Shown here piece by piece: positions 1 through 11,069 of a stretch of 64,000 nucleotides of DNA (the stretch's first letter is position 1; the number at the start of each line of letters is the position of its first letter). The stretch is from positions 491,348 to 555,347 of the forward strand of contig CBDCKN010000015.1 in the NCBI GenBank assembly GCA_965218295.1, read 5' to 3'. The translations under genes were made by a program, and so were the position numbers. The stretch comes from Longimicrobiales bacterium (GTDB lineage: Bacteria; Gemmatimonadota; Gemmatimonadetes; Longimicrobiales; Gaopeijiaceae). The notes beneath the pieces were generated by a model, which did no database searches, had not been told where the DNA came from, and saw nothing but the letters and a program-made list of their open reading frames with translations.

Positions 1-612
1 CCGACGACGGTAGAACGTGGCTCGCGGCACCCTGAGCGCATCGCACGCGGGCTTCACCCCTACGTGCTTGGCTAGCTCCTGGGTCGCCTTCATGAGTTCG
101 TCCCGTCCTCGAGGCTCAATCCCAGCAGCCCTGCAACTTTTCCCTGGACGTCGATGATCAAGTGCGCCTTCTGGAGCTCCTTCTCGAGGCGAGTGTTCTC
201 GCGCTCCAGCTTGCGCACCTTCTCCTCCAGCGGATTGCGCTCGCGCTTACGGCCTCGTTTCTTCGACAGCGCTTTCAGGGACCCGCTATGCGCCGCCTTG
301 CGCCATGTCGTCAGGTGCGACGAGTACAAGCCCTCCCGCCGTAGGAGTCGGCCAACCTCTCCGGGCTCCGTGCACCGGTCCGCTTCTTCGACGATCCGCA
401 GCTTGTACGACGGAGCGAACCGCCGGCGCAGCGGCCTATCTACCACCTCCGAGTCCGCAGGAGCTGCCGCGCTTCGCTTACCGTCCCAGGTTGGTGGGGC
501 TATTCCATTCTCTTTCATTCTCTCTCGGTGTCTCAGCATCCTCGGTTTCTCTGCCTTCGCCCTACTCTAATTCCTTAGCTGCTCCGTGTCTCACGTAAGT
601 TGGCAGAGAGGG
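1..612 (-). mobile_element. IS3-family element, copy 1 (runs off the window start)
   Basis: Appears identical to the complete copy at 42826-44392. Left end ...GTGTCTCACGTAAGTTGGCAGAGAGGG ends at 612. Confidence 0.95.
90..539 (-). CDS. IS3-family transposase OrfA
   Basis: HTH segment (RRRFAPSYKLRIVEEAD...LYSSHLTTWRK) plus leucine zipper; same protein as 42899-43348. Confidence 0.9.
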   Translation of the reverse strand: MLRHRERMKENGIAPPTWDGKRSAAAPADSEVVDRPLRRRFAPSYKLRIVEEADRCTEPGEVGRLLRREGLYSSHLTTWRKAAHSGSLKALSKKRGRKRERNPLEEKVRKLERENTRLEKELQKAHLIIDVQGKVAGLLGLSLEDGTNS

Positions 613-762
613 AGTAGCACACTCAAAAGGGTCGTTCAAGGCCGCCGGCTGGGTCGCACGCAGCGCTCCGTTTCCGTCTTCTGGCAAAACCTTTATGGCT
701 CGCTCAGCCGGCAGATATTTGTAAAGCACCCTCGGTTCCGCCGTATCGCCACTACTTTCCAT
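613..762 (-). pseudogene. DUF2971-like protein N-terminus, interrupted by IS3 copy 1
   Basis: LYKYL...LRATQPAALNDPFE motif typical of DUF2971 proteins; the frame runs into the IS end at 612. Confidence 0.7.
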
Positions 763-2083
763 TGTCGAATACCTTGAATCTGGATTGTTCCAGACTATAT
801 GGCCGATCCTAATGGAGAATTGACATGGGACTGACCTTTGCCGAGCGTTTCCAACGGCCAGCCTTGCGCACTGTTCCGGTACCGTAATCGTTTCAAGCTG
901 CGATTCCGGTCACCGCTTGGTTGCCGATTGACCCCGCACCGCTGAATTCTTCACCTCCTGTGCCGTCCTGACCTCCAACTCGACATAGTAACAGACAGCG
1001 TTGGAGTTCACTCCCAGCCGGATGGCTTTCTCCGCAGGGGACCGGGACGGCACAATAAACTCTCGGAAGAGCCACACGGAAATCCCAGTCGCTCACTTAG
1101 CAGATACCGTGCCGGTCAGTTCATCGAGTAGCCAGGCGTCGGTGCTTGCCTCTTCGTAGGCATTGTCCAGCACGGGTCGAAGCGTGAGAAGCGCGCTGAG
1201 GCGATGGACCATGCCGCGCAAGTATGTGAGTTCACCAAGAGTCAAAGGAGATCCGTCCCGGCGCCGGGCGTCGCGGTAACCGAGCCACTTCTTTATCACT
1301 GGATAGCCACCCATTTCATAATGCCACACAGCCTGTGGGACGTGCCTCAGGAAAACCGCGTCGCTGAGATAGAGATCACCGGTGACCCCGCCCCACTCGG
1401 GATGCCTTGGCTCAGCGTCTGCCAGCATCCTTCGCTCCCACTTCCCCGCAGCACTACCAAAATAGCTGTACTCGACAACAAGATCGGATTCCCTAATGCT
1501 GCCGCCCCCGACTCGACAGACAACCGCAACAGCCTTCATGTCGTCCCCGAGTAAGTTCTGCACAACCGGTCCGGCATTAAGCTGAGGGTCGAGCAAAGAT
1601 GCGATCAGCTCCCCCAGCGCCGCGATCTCGTCGAATCGACCTGCGTCCTTGCAGATCGGGACATGCGGCCAATCTGCCGCCAGCGAATCCTTGTGGTCTG
1701 CCTCGTACTGTGGCGCATGGCTGATTGCGAGACAGTAGCGGAAGAGCATCCGGCACAGGCGTTTTGCATCTGGACCCGTCAGATCCCCCGTCATTTTCCA
1801 GGAGTCCCTTAGGACGGTCCAGGCACCTGCAGCTAGATTAGCTCTGCGCTTGAGGTCTGCAGGATCGGGCGTGAACAACCCTCCAATCCCTGTATCGGGA
1901 TTAAGCTCGGCGGGAAATCCCACTGAACCCCAATCGTGCACATGCAGATCGAAGAGCCAGGAAAGGATGAGCGGTCGGCTTTCTGACACACGGCGGGCAT
2001 TCGGAGCACCCACGAGAAATTCATTGTTCTTCAGATGATCACCGAGATCGGGCCGACTCCTGTTGAGAAACTTTGCCTCGCGC

Positions 2084-3461
2084 GAGCTAGGATCAAAGGG
2101 TGTGTAAAAAGAGAGGCGACGTACCTTTCCGCTGAGTAATAACCAGCGAACTCCGGGTGACAGCCCGGGGGAAAGGAACGACGCCTCGTGAGGAAGAATA
2201 CGGTGGGACCCGAGGGTGAGTCCAGGACGCCCGTGTGGGAAGTTCTGGAAGAAGTGGTTCGGGAGAAGGCGCAGGAGTTCATTCAACAGATCTTGGAGGA
2301 GGAAGTCACGGAGTTGCTAGGGCGAGAGAAGTCAGAGCGCAGGAGGGTGGTGGACGCGACCGAGGGCTACCGCAACGGATACGGCAAGCCGAGGCGGCTG
2401 GCGATGAGCTCGGGCACGATCACACTCCGACGCCCTCGAGTTCGAGGCCTTGAGGAGCGGTTCGAGAGCCGCGTGCTGCCGTTGTTCGCGAGGCGGACGA
2501 AGGAGCTGGGCGCTCTGCTTCCGGAGCTGTATCTGCACGGACTGGCGGAGGGAGACTTCGAGTTGGCGATGCGGGGCCTGCTGGGCGAGGGGGCACCGCT
2601 GTCGAAGTCTTCGATTCGGCGGCTGCGGGCGGGATGGACGGCGGAGTTCGAGGAATGGAGCCAGCGTCGCCTGGAGGGTCGTGAGGTCGTCTACGTGTGG
2701 GCGGACGGGATCTATGTGAAGGCAGGGCTGGAGCGGGACAAAGCGGCGCTGCTGGTGGTGCTGGGTGCCATGCGAGACGGGACGAAAGAGGTGTTGGCCC
2801 TGAGAGCGGGCTACCGAGAGTCGGTCGAGTCCTGGTCCGAGGTGTTGCGGGACCTGAAGGCACGCGGCATCGAGGCGCCCCGGCTTCTGATGGCGGACGG
2901 TAACGCTGCGATCTGGGGCGCAGTACGGCAGGTATGGCCTGAGGCGGGTGAGCAACGGTGCTGGAACCACAAGATGAGGAACGTGCTGGACCGACTACCT
3001 CAGCGGGAGCAGGGCGAGGCGAAGGATCTTCTCCGGGCCGTGGTCTACGCACCGAGCCGGGCCGAGGCCCTGAAGGCCCGCGAGGTGTTCGCCCGACGCT
3101 ATAGGCCGTGGTATCCGAAAGCAGTGGACGTACTCGAGGACGACTGGGAGCGGATGGTAGCGTTCTACGACTTCCCCGAGGACCACTGGAAGCATCTACG
3201 CACGACGAACGTGGTCGAGAGCCCGTTCGCCGCGGTACGGCTCAGGACGACAGCAGCGAAGCGGTTCAAGCGGGTCGAGAGCGCTACGGCGCTAATCTGG
3301 AAGTTGCTCTTGGTGGCCGAGAAGCGGTTCCGAAGGCTCGACGCTCCTCACCTCCTCAAGGACGTATTTGAAGGAAGAAAGTTCGAAGACGGAAAGCCCG
3401 TCTCACACCAACAGCGGAAGAACGCCGCCTAATACGTTTACACACCTATTGACCCAACCTC
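2084..3461 (+). mobile_element. IS256-family element
   Basis: Imperfect IRs GAGCTAGGATCAAAGGGTGTGTAAA / GAGGTTGGGTCAATAGGTGTGTAAA; 8-bp DR CCTCGCGC at 2076-2083 and 3462-3469. Confidence 0.95.
2188..3432 (+). CDS. IS256-family transposase
   Basis: YRNGY, WADG, ADG, QRCWNH and RTTNVVES motifs of Mutator/IS256 DDE transposases. Confidence 0.95.
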   Translation: MRKNTVGPEGESRTPVWEVLEEVVREKAQEFIQQILEEEVTELLGREKSERRRVVDATEGYRNGYGKPRRLAMSSGTITLRRPRVRGLEERFESRVLPLFARRTKELGALLPELYLHGLAEGDFELAMRGLLGEGAPLSKSSIRRLRAGWTAEFEEWSQRRLEGREVVYVWADGIYVKAGLERDKAALLVVLGAMRDGTKEVLALRAGYRESVESWSEVLRDLKARGIEAPRLLMADGNAAIWGAVRQVWPEAGEQRCWNHKMRNVLDRLPQREQGEAKDLLRAVVYAPSRAEALKAREVFARRYRPWYPKAVDVLEDDWERMVAFYDFPEDHWKHLRTTNVVESPFAAVRLRTTAAKRFKRVESATALIWKLLLVAEKRFRRLDAPHLLKDVFEGRKFEDGKPVSHQQRKNAA

Positions 3462-6400
3462 CCTCGCGCTCGTAGTAGATCCAGCGCGCATCACATGGAA
3501 ATGCGACATAGGGCAACACTTTGTCCCTGTCGAACCTACTGTCAGTAAGCAGTGCCTTCCGCGTCTTCTGTGGGTAGTACTCCGCGCGTTTGGTGCACAG
3601 AATCGGATGACGCTTCTGCAATTCTTCGAAGCTGGACGTCGAAAAATAGTCGCGCATTCTCTCTTCAAGCGCCAAGCGATCCGTGTCGATCACACTGCCC
3701 TTAAGGCCACGATTGGGGTTCACGCCTTGAAAGGAAACAGGGAAGAGATCGTCAAACCCCGGCCACTCCTCGAAACCGCTGCCTCTTGCGGGCATCAAGC
3801 GCCAGCCTGTGGGGGCCGTGGGGACGAATTGCTCGTAGTGGCGTGGCCCGGCAGGTGTCCGGGCGTTCGCCGCGCTCTTCGCTCTCGACCACGAATCCAG
3901 ATTCAACGACGCAACAAGGGCGTCCCTCTTATCGGTCGCACGGCCCCAGAAATTGCGGAAACTGACCGTGGCAATTGTGTGCGTCTCCCTAGTGCGCGCA
4001 TTGCGCTTCAGATAGGTCGTGATGCAGGTTCCGACTTGGATGCCGCGCGAGTCATGTTCCGTGGTGAAGATGCTTTGATCCGATGTACCTTCACCCGGCA
4101 GCCCGGCTGGGATGACCTTGCCGGTCTTGTATTTGTCGCCGTTGAGGTTGTCAACCCAAATGGCATCGAAACTGCGCAACAGGGACTCGCGCATCATTGG
4201 ATGCGACCGCCCGGTCAGGAAAGATGAATTCGAGATGTAGGATACAACGCCAAACTCTGCCCACTCGCCGATGCGGACCTCGGCAAGCCTCAAAAAGCGC
4301 ACATACAGGTCGTCAAGCAGCTGCTTGCGAACGCCCCAACGAGTGAATAGTTCGGATGGGCCAATATGCTTGCCATCCCTGGTCCTCGTGACCCCCTTGT
4401 AGTGATCGACGAGCGCCGCTTCCTCTTCCAGCGGTACTCCAGCGAAGCGGTTGTACGGAGGATTGCCCAGCACAACGATGACCTTGGCATCGCGCTTGAC
4501 GTCGTATGCCGCGTCATGCTCCTCTTGAAGCTCCGGGAAGTTCAGCTTCCGCTGATCTGACCCGTGCCAGCCCGTAAGAGCATTCGTCAGGAAGATTGCA
4601 GGTCGCTGGCTCGCGTCCGGCTCCGCGCCGGCTTCGGAGAGCAGGAGATACAGCTGCAGCTGCGCTACCACGAAAGGGGCGGTGAGGATCTCGAAGCCGA
4701 TGAAGCGTCGACACATTGCATCGAGCAATTGCGCAGCCATCGTGGCCTGCGCGCCTTCGTCGGCAAGCTGCTTGGCCATGTGGCGCAGAACCTCGATGAG
4801 ATAGGCGCCCGTGCCGCAGGCCGGATCGAGCACCACCACGCGCTCATCCGCAAATCCTCGGCTGCAGCCAAGCTCATCGCGCAACAGGCGATCGATCTTG
4901 GAAACTTGGTAGCGGATGACATGGGTCGGAGTATACCACACGCCCAGCTCCTTCCGCAGATCCGGATCGAACGCCTCGAGGAAGGGCTCGTAGAAGTACA
5001 TGATTGCCGTCGAACTTGCCTGCCTATCCTCGTCAAGCGTGGGCGGGCGGAAACGTTTGAAGAATCTCTCGGGGTCGACACGTGCCAGCGTCTCGGTCCC
5101 GATATCCAGATGCTTTGCGAGGTGGAGCTCTTTGATACGCGACGGATGTCTAAATTCGTGAAACAAGCCGGCCAAGAACGGAATCTTGAGGTACTCCGCC
5201 AAGTCCTCCCAGCGAAACGGCCGGTCGCGCTCACCCTGCCACCACAGCGCCCAACCGGCGAAAAGGCCGTAGAAGGCTGTTTGTATCAGGGAAGAGCGCA
5301 GGAACTCCTCGCCCTCCGGGCCTTCAAATGTCACGCCCAGTGCATCGCTGAAGTCATCTAAGAGACCCTGGACGGCACGGGTGAATTTCGCCGGCAGGTC
5401 AGCCTTCGCATGCTTTGCCTGTCGCGCCAGAATGCGCGCGAGGGATTCCGGCTCGGCGATTGGCGCGTAGCGCGTCACAGCCGTTTCGACTAGTGCGACG
5501 AAGGCTGCGAGCGCCGCTGGACCGATCGGCTGCTTCTGCCTCAGCGCCGTCGCTGAGGGCCACAGGTCCACGACTTGCTCGATACGCCGCTCGCTGGGTG
5601 GTACCGGTCCGCTGCCGTCCCAGTCGGACTTGACAGTCACGAGGCCGAACGCACGCACATTGGAGAGGAGCACGGCCCGCGTAGCAGCCAAGTAACGCCC
5701 GATCTGATCCTTGCCATCCGTCGACATGGCAAGCTCTTCAAGCTCCGTATCGGGAAGCTTGACCTCGCCGCAAACTGCGACGAACAAGCCACCAGCGTCA
5801 TACAGGGCGATGTCCGGAAGATTGATACCGCCCCCCGGTTTTCGCTCGCTCGTATTCACCCGCACGTCGAACGGCAGGGCTTCAACAGCGAGCGCTGCAG
5901 CGACGAGCCCCTTGATGGCGGGGTAGTAGCTGGCTTCTGTCGTCGACCCAGCCGTGGTCAGGGCGCTGACATCTCGTGCATAGGACTTGCCTGCCGTTAC
6001 GAGTTTCGGCGACACCGCTGCGTTGACCATCCACTCCCCTCCATAAGTATCTACGTCCCTGCTGCGTCCGGCAGATGCCGCTGCACGCCGGTGGGGACAC
6101 TCCCTGTCTCGGCGAGGAAGTCGCGCGAGTCTGCTACTCCGGTCGAAGACCGAGCCGCCGGAGAACACAGAGCCACCTCCGCGCTGGACCACGAGACCGG
6201 TATTACTACGGGTGTCACTGCGTCACGGCTAGTTCGAATCCCAGTCGGCCAGGTCGGGCACCTTGATGTCTCGGTGTATGCCCTGCAGCGAGGATGTCTT
6301 ATTACCGCCCAGACGGGGTGGTTTTCCCGTTGACCAGCCGTGTTCCCGAACGCACGATCAATACCCTCCGCAAGTTCGTACGGCAAAGCTCTCAGATCCC

Positions 6401-6642
6401 ACTCGCCGTCTGCGTTCAGTTCTGTGTCGCCGTGGATCGTTGCTAACTCCACATCCGTCCCTCGCCCCACCGCATTCCCGACTCTGCCCACCTCGAGCGG
6501 TCGTCCGGCACCCGCTCGACGCGCCGCTGGCGGAGCGGCCGGACACACTGCTCTCCCAATTAAATCCCAATAGTTCTACTAAGAACGTCGGTTAAATCCT
6601 ACGGATTGACGTAGTTGCGCAAGTGCCTTCATCGTCCCTCGC

Positions 6643-7134
6643 ATGGAGATGCTGAAGGGGCTTTTCATGGCGCGAGTGGACGCGTTCCTCGAGCGCACGG
6701 GAGTGGCGCCGGCGACGCTTGGCCGCCAGGCGGTAGGCGATCCGAACCTGGTGCGTCAGCTACGCCATGGCCGCTCCCCGACGCTCGCGACGGCCGATCA
6801 GCTCCTGGCGTTCATGGAAGGCTTCGACGAGGCCGGTGTGGACCCTGTTTCCTCCCGGAGCGACCGGCTCCGGGATTCATCCCCGAGAGAACGGAGAGGC
6901 AGAGAGATGACGAGAACCATGGTGCAGGAAATGGAGGTGCCGATCCGCATCGTGCGGCTCCCGGCCGTGCAAGCTCGCACGGGGCTCGGGCGGAGCACGA
7001 TCTACGTGCGGCTGGCCGAGGGTTCTTTCCCCAGACCCGTCCAGCTAGGCGCGCGCGCTGTCGGCTGGATCGAGTCGGAGGTGGACGAGTGGATCCGGCA
7101 GCAGATCGCGTTGAGCCGCGGCGAGGCCGAGTGA
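6643..7134 (+). CDS. alpA: AlpA-family regulator/excisionase with N-terminal Cro-like HTH
   Basis: C-terminal IVRLPAVQARTGLGRSTIY...FPRPVQLGARAVGW.ESEV; N-terminal phage Cro-like segment (FLERTGVAPATLGRQAVGDPNLV). Confidence 0.85.
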   Translation: MEMLKGLFMARVDAFLERTGVAPATLGRQAVGDPNLVRQLRHGRSPTLATADQLLAFMEGFDEAGVDPVSSRSDRLRDSSPRERRGREMTRTMVQEMEVPIRIVRLPAVQARTGLGRSTIYVRLAEGSFPRPVQLGARAVGWIESEVDEWIRQQIALSRGEAE

Positions 7135-7169
7135 TCGGCGCATCCCAGCGAGAGACCAAGGAGAAGACG

Positions 7170-7457
7170 ATGCAACCTTTCATAAGGACGGTACGAGCGG
7201 CGGCTTGGGCCGCGCTGTGGATGCTCATGCCCGGCCTGCTGTGGGCGCAGGGGACGAGCCCGTGGGTGGAGGCGGTGAACGAGCTTCAGGCGCAGTTCAC
7301 GGGTCCGATCGCGAGGGGGCTATCGCTGATCGCAATCGTGGTGGGCGGGCTGATGTTCGCGTTCGGCGAGGGCGGGAGCAAGCGCACGCTGGCTGGGATC
7401 ATCTTCGGTCTCGGGATGGCGATGGGCGCGGCGAACTTCCTGGCGTGGCTCTTCTGA
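7170..7457 (+). CDS. virB2: TrbC/VirB2 pilin
   Basis: Signal-like N-terminus, SPW...FTGPIARGLSLIAIVVGGL pilin motif, AAGGAG RBS. Confidence 0.85.
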   Translation: MQPFIRTVRAAAWAALWMLMPGLLWAQGTSPWVEAVNELQAQFTGPIARGLSLIAIVVGGLMFAFGEGGSKRTLAGIIFGLGMAMGAANFLAWLF

Positions 7458-7759
7458 TGAGGGGTCTGAGGCGCTGGGCCGGCTATGCGGCGCTGAACCG
7501 TCCGCTCACGATCCTGGGCGTGGAGCGTAGGGGGTTCCTCCTGAGCGCGACGCTCGGGCTCGCGATGTGGAACGCGATGAACTCCCTGGTGACGGGCGGC
7601 GTCGTGTTCGCGGTGGGCTTTGGGGCCGGATGGCTCGCGGGCCGCAAAGACCCCGACATGCTTGGCGTGCTACGGGCCGGGACGCGCTACCCGTCACGCT
7701 TCGACCTGGGCAAGTGGGCCGAAGAGCCGTGGCATCTCGTGATCCGGAGCGGGCGATGA
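7457..7759 (+). CDS. virB3: VirB3-like T4SS protein
   Basis: ALNRPLTILGVER motif, two hydrophobic segments, KDP motif; TGATG overlap with virB2. Confidence 0.85.
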   Translation: MRGLRRWAGYAALNRPLTILGVERRGFLLSATLGLAMWNAMNSLVTGGVVFAVGFGAGWLAGRKDPDMLGVLRAGTRYPSRFDLGKWAEEPWHLVIRSGR

Positions 7760-10199
7760 GGATCGCCGCGGAGCTCCGGGACCACGAGGCGGCCGGTTCG
7801 CTGGCCGAGGAGCTGCCCTACTGGGCTGGCTCGAGGACGGCCGCACCTGCCTGACCCGCTCGGGCGAGCTGATCGCGGCCGGCCGGCTGGAGCCCGCGGT
7901 GGTGGATGGGCGTTCGCCCGAGCAGATCGACCGGGTGCTCGGCCGCTGGCAGCGGTTGCTCTCGGGTTTGGACGCCGACACGCGCCTCTACTTCTATCTA
8001 CTCCGCCGGCCAAGTCCGCCCGAGGCCGCGGACGACGAGGGCTCCGGCATCGTAGCGGTGTCCCAGCAGAAGCGGAGTGCGTTTCTGGCCGGCCGCGTCC
8101 AGCAGCTCGAGGCCTACCTGGTCTGGTCGCACGATCCCCGTCTACGCACGGTGGCCGACGGGCCCAGAACAGGAAGCGCCTCCCGGCTCATGCAGTGGTG
8201 GCAGCGCCGCCGGGCGAGCGCGCCCACCTACCTCGGTTCCGAGATCGAGGCCGCCGCCGCCCGCTTTCGCGCGACGGTGGACGCGGGCCGGGCCCTCGTG
8301 GAGGAGCACACGCCGATCGAGATGCTCTCGCCCGCCGAAGCTTCGCGGCTTCTCTCCGAGCTCATCAACCGTCCGGGCACGATGTGGGCCGGAGCGACGG
8401 GGAGCGGCATGAACTGGCGGCTCGCGCTTTCGGAGCTCGAGGCGGAGCGCGGTCACCTGCGGCTCGACGGCGAGCCCGTGATCCTCTACTCGCTCCTCTC
8501 TCCGCCCGGCCAAGCCTACGCGAACCTGCTCCGGGACCTCTACTGCCTGGACGCGGCGATGACGGTGTCGCTCGAGTGGCGGGTCTGGGCGGTTGAGGCG
8601 GCCCGGCGCCGGATCCGTGGCGCGCAGCGGCACTACTTCGCGCGCCGTTACTCGATGATGGCCCATGTGCAGGAGACCGAGGGCACGGCCGCCGCGATGG
8701 TCGACTCGGCCGCGGCGACCGAGTCGGACCGGCTGGGCGAGGCGCTGGTCGAGCTGGAAGCGGACGGGGTGAGCTACGGGGAGGCCACGCTGACGGTGGC
8801 CCTCCACGGCGAGCTCGGACGGATCGAGCGGCTGGACGGCGACCTGCGTCGTCTCTTCGCCGCGCACGACGCGAAGGCGATCCGGGAGGGTTACGGCCAG
8901 CTTCCGGCGTGGTTCTCCCGGCTGCCGGCCCAACCGCGTGGGCGGCAGGTACGGAAGGTGTTCGTGTCGGCCGGCGTGGCGGCGTGCCTCGCGCCGCTCT
9001 TCGGTCCGCCCAGGGGGACGCCCCGGAGCCGTCACCTCGGTCGCGAGTCGCTCGCGGTCTTGGAGACCCCGTGGCGCACGGCGTACCACTACGATCTGTT
9101 TGCCGGTGACGTGGGCCACACGTTGATGCTCGGCGCGACCGGCTCGGGCAAGAGCTTCACACTGAACTTCCTCCTGGTCGAGGCGCTCAGGTACGACCCG
9201 CGCGTCCTGATCCTGGATCTGGGCGGCTCCTACCGCTGGCTCACCCGGTTCCTCGGGGGCCGCTACCTGGAGCTGTCGCCCGGCGAGGCGGAGCCGACGC
9301 TCCGGCTGCAGCCGTTCGCGCTCCCGGCGGGCACGCGGACGTTCCAGTTCCTGACGGGCTGGGTGCTACGGCTACTGAAGCTCGGCGGTTGGGAGGCGAG
9401 CGGCGCGGACACGAGCGAGATCCGCTCGCGCATCGAGGACCTCTACGCGTTCGAGCCGGAGCGGCGGACGCTGAGCGTCCTGGCCAGCTCGCTTCCGTCC
9501 GCGACGTGGCCGGCATGGAGCCGTTGGACCCAAGGCGGCGCCTGGGGCGCCTACTTCGACAACCCTGCCGGTGGGGCGCCGGACCTCGAGTTCGCCGACT
9601 GGCAGGTGATCGATCTGGCGGGTGCGGTCGAGCATCCGGATCTCTGCGACGCGGCGCTCTCCTACCTGCTCGAGCGGATGCGGCTCGAGGTGGAGGATCC
9701 GTCCGAGGCGGCGCGGCTGAAGCTGATGGTCGTGGACGAGGCCTGGCGCTACCTGCAGGACCCGGCCGTGCTGAACTACCTGGCCGAAGCGGCGAAGACG
9801 TGGAGGAAGAAGAACGCCGCGCTGATCCTGGCCACGCAGTCCGCCGTGGACGTGACCTCCACGCCGGGCGCTGCGGCGCTGCTCGAGTCGATCCCGACCA
9901 AGCTGTTCCTCGCCAACCCCGAGCTCCCCGACGAGGTCGGCGCGCTGTTCCGGCTGAACGACTCGGAGCTGGCCCAGGTCCGGGGCCTGATCCCCAAACG
10001 CGAGCTCTATCTGCGCCGCCCGGACGGGGCCGCCGTGCTCCGGCTCGACGTCGATCCCCAGAGCTACTGGCTCTACACCTCGTCCGCATTGGACGCCGAG
10101 GAGAGGGCCCGGGCCGTCGAGCGCCACGGGCTCGCCCGCGCGATTGAGGTTCTCGCGAGCCGAGACGATCCCACCCCCACCCCCAACGCAAGGAGCTGA
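7756..10199 (+). pseudogene. virB4: VirB4 ATPase with a 1-nt frameshift near the 5' end
   Basis: Walker A GATGSGKS and Walker B VVDEAW. The N-terminus MRIAAEL...ELPYW from ATG 7756 joins the main frame (WLEDGRTCLTRSGE) only if one base is added at GGG 7823-7825. Confidence 0.85.
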
Positions 10200-10205
10200 C
10201 ACGCC

Positions 10206-11069
10206 ATGCGATCCCCGACTACACCCCTCGTTCTAACCGCCCTTCTCTTGGCTGCCCTCCCGGCCGGGGCCGCCGCGCAGCAGGAGGACGACCAAGCGTT
10301 CCTCCGGGTGCCGGTCCCGGAGGAGGGGGAGGACCGGATCCACCGGCTCCGCACCCGGGTCCGCCACACGACGGTCATCGTGCTCCCCGCCGATGAGAAC
10401 ATCCTGGACTTCGTGGTCGGCGACTCGGAGTACTGGCACCTGACGGGCGCGGCGAACGTCGCGTTCCTGAAGCCTCTCGCTTCGGACGCGGCGACGAATA
10501 TCGCGCTCGTATGCGAGTCGGGGCGGATCTACTCGTTCCTGGTGGCCGAGCACAGCGACGGGCCACCCCATCTGGTCGTCCGCGTAGAGTCCGGAGCAGA
10601 GGCGGCGCGGCTCTCCGGCGGCAGCGGCCGTCCCGCGTTCGTCGCGCGTAGCGAGGTCGCGGCCTACCAACAGATGGCCGCCGAGGCGGCGGCGGCGGCG
10701 CGGAGTGCCCGGGAGGCGGCCGAGGCCGGCATCCTGGAAGCCCGGACTCAGGCCGAAACGGAGATCGAGGAGTTCCGTGCGTGCTATCCGGAGCGTCTCG
10801 CGTTCGAGTACCGGCTCGACGGGGACGCGGCGGAGCGGCCGTTCCTGGTCGAGGCGATGTGGCACGACGGGCAGTTCACCTACCTCCGGTCCCACGCCCA
10901 GGAGTCGCCGGCGCTCTATGAGCTCCGGGACGGCGAGCCGGCGCTCGTCGCTTACGACCTGAGCAAGGACGGCCTCTACATCGCTCGACACGTGTTGGGC
11001 GACGGGTGGCTGCAGATCGGCGACAAGCGGGCCGCTTGGCGGTTCACGCCCAGGGACGGACTCAGATGA
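10206..11069 (+). CDS. virB9: TrbG/VirB9 family protein
   Basis: Signal peptide; VGDS..W, FLKP, TN and WHDGQFTY motifs; operon position. Confidence 0.85.
   Translation: MRSPTTPLVLTALLLAALPAGAAAQQEDDQAFLRVPVPEEGEDRIHRLRTRVRHTTVIVLPADENILDFVVGDSEYWHLTGAANVAFLKPLASDAATNIALVCESGRIYSFLVAEHSDGPPHLVVRVESGAEAARLSGGSGRPAFVARSEVAAYQQMAAEAAAAARSAREAAEAGILEARTQAETEIEEFRACYPERLAFEYRLDGDAAERPFLVEAMWHDGQFTYLRSHAQESPALYELRDGEPALVAYDLSKDGLYIARHVLGDGWLQIGDKRAAWRFTPRDGLR

Larger units (their letters stand above)
1093..6030 (-). pseudogene. Type ISP/IIG-like fused restriction-modification enzyme, split by IS256
   Basis: PD..EVK nuclease-like N-terminus, DPACGTG and GNPPY N6-MTase motifs, C-terminal GGYPVIKKWL specificity domain. 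Removing the IS and one DR restores the frame (...WIYYEREAKFLNRSRP...). ATG at 6030 with AGGGGAG upstream. Confidence 0.88.

Noticed and set aside
6225..6255. GTTCGAATCCC, resembling a tRNA T-loop or att site
   Set aside because: The T-stem does not pair and there is no cloverleaf or CCA end.
6051..6570. Divergent repressor gene opposite alpA
   Set aside because: No recognisable HTH or peptidase motif in any ORF.
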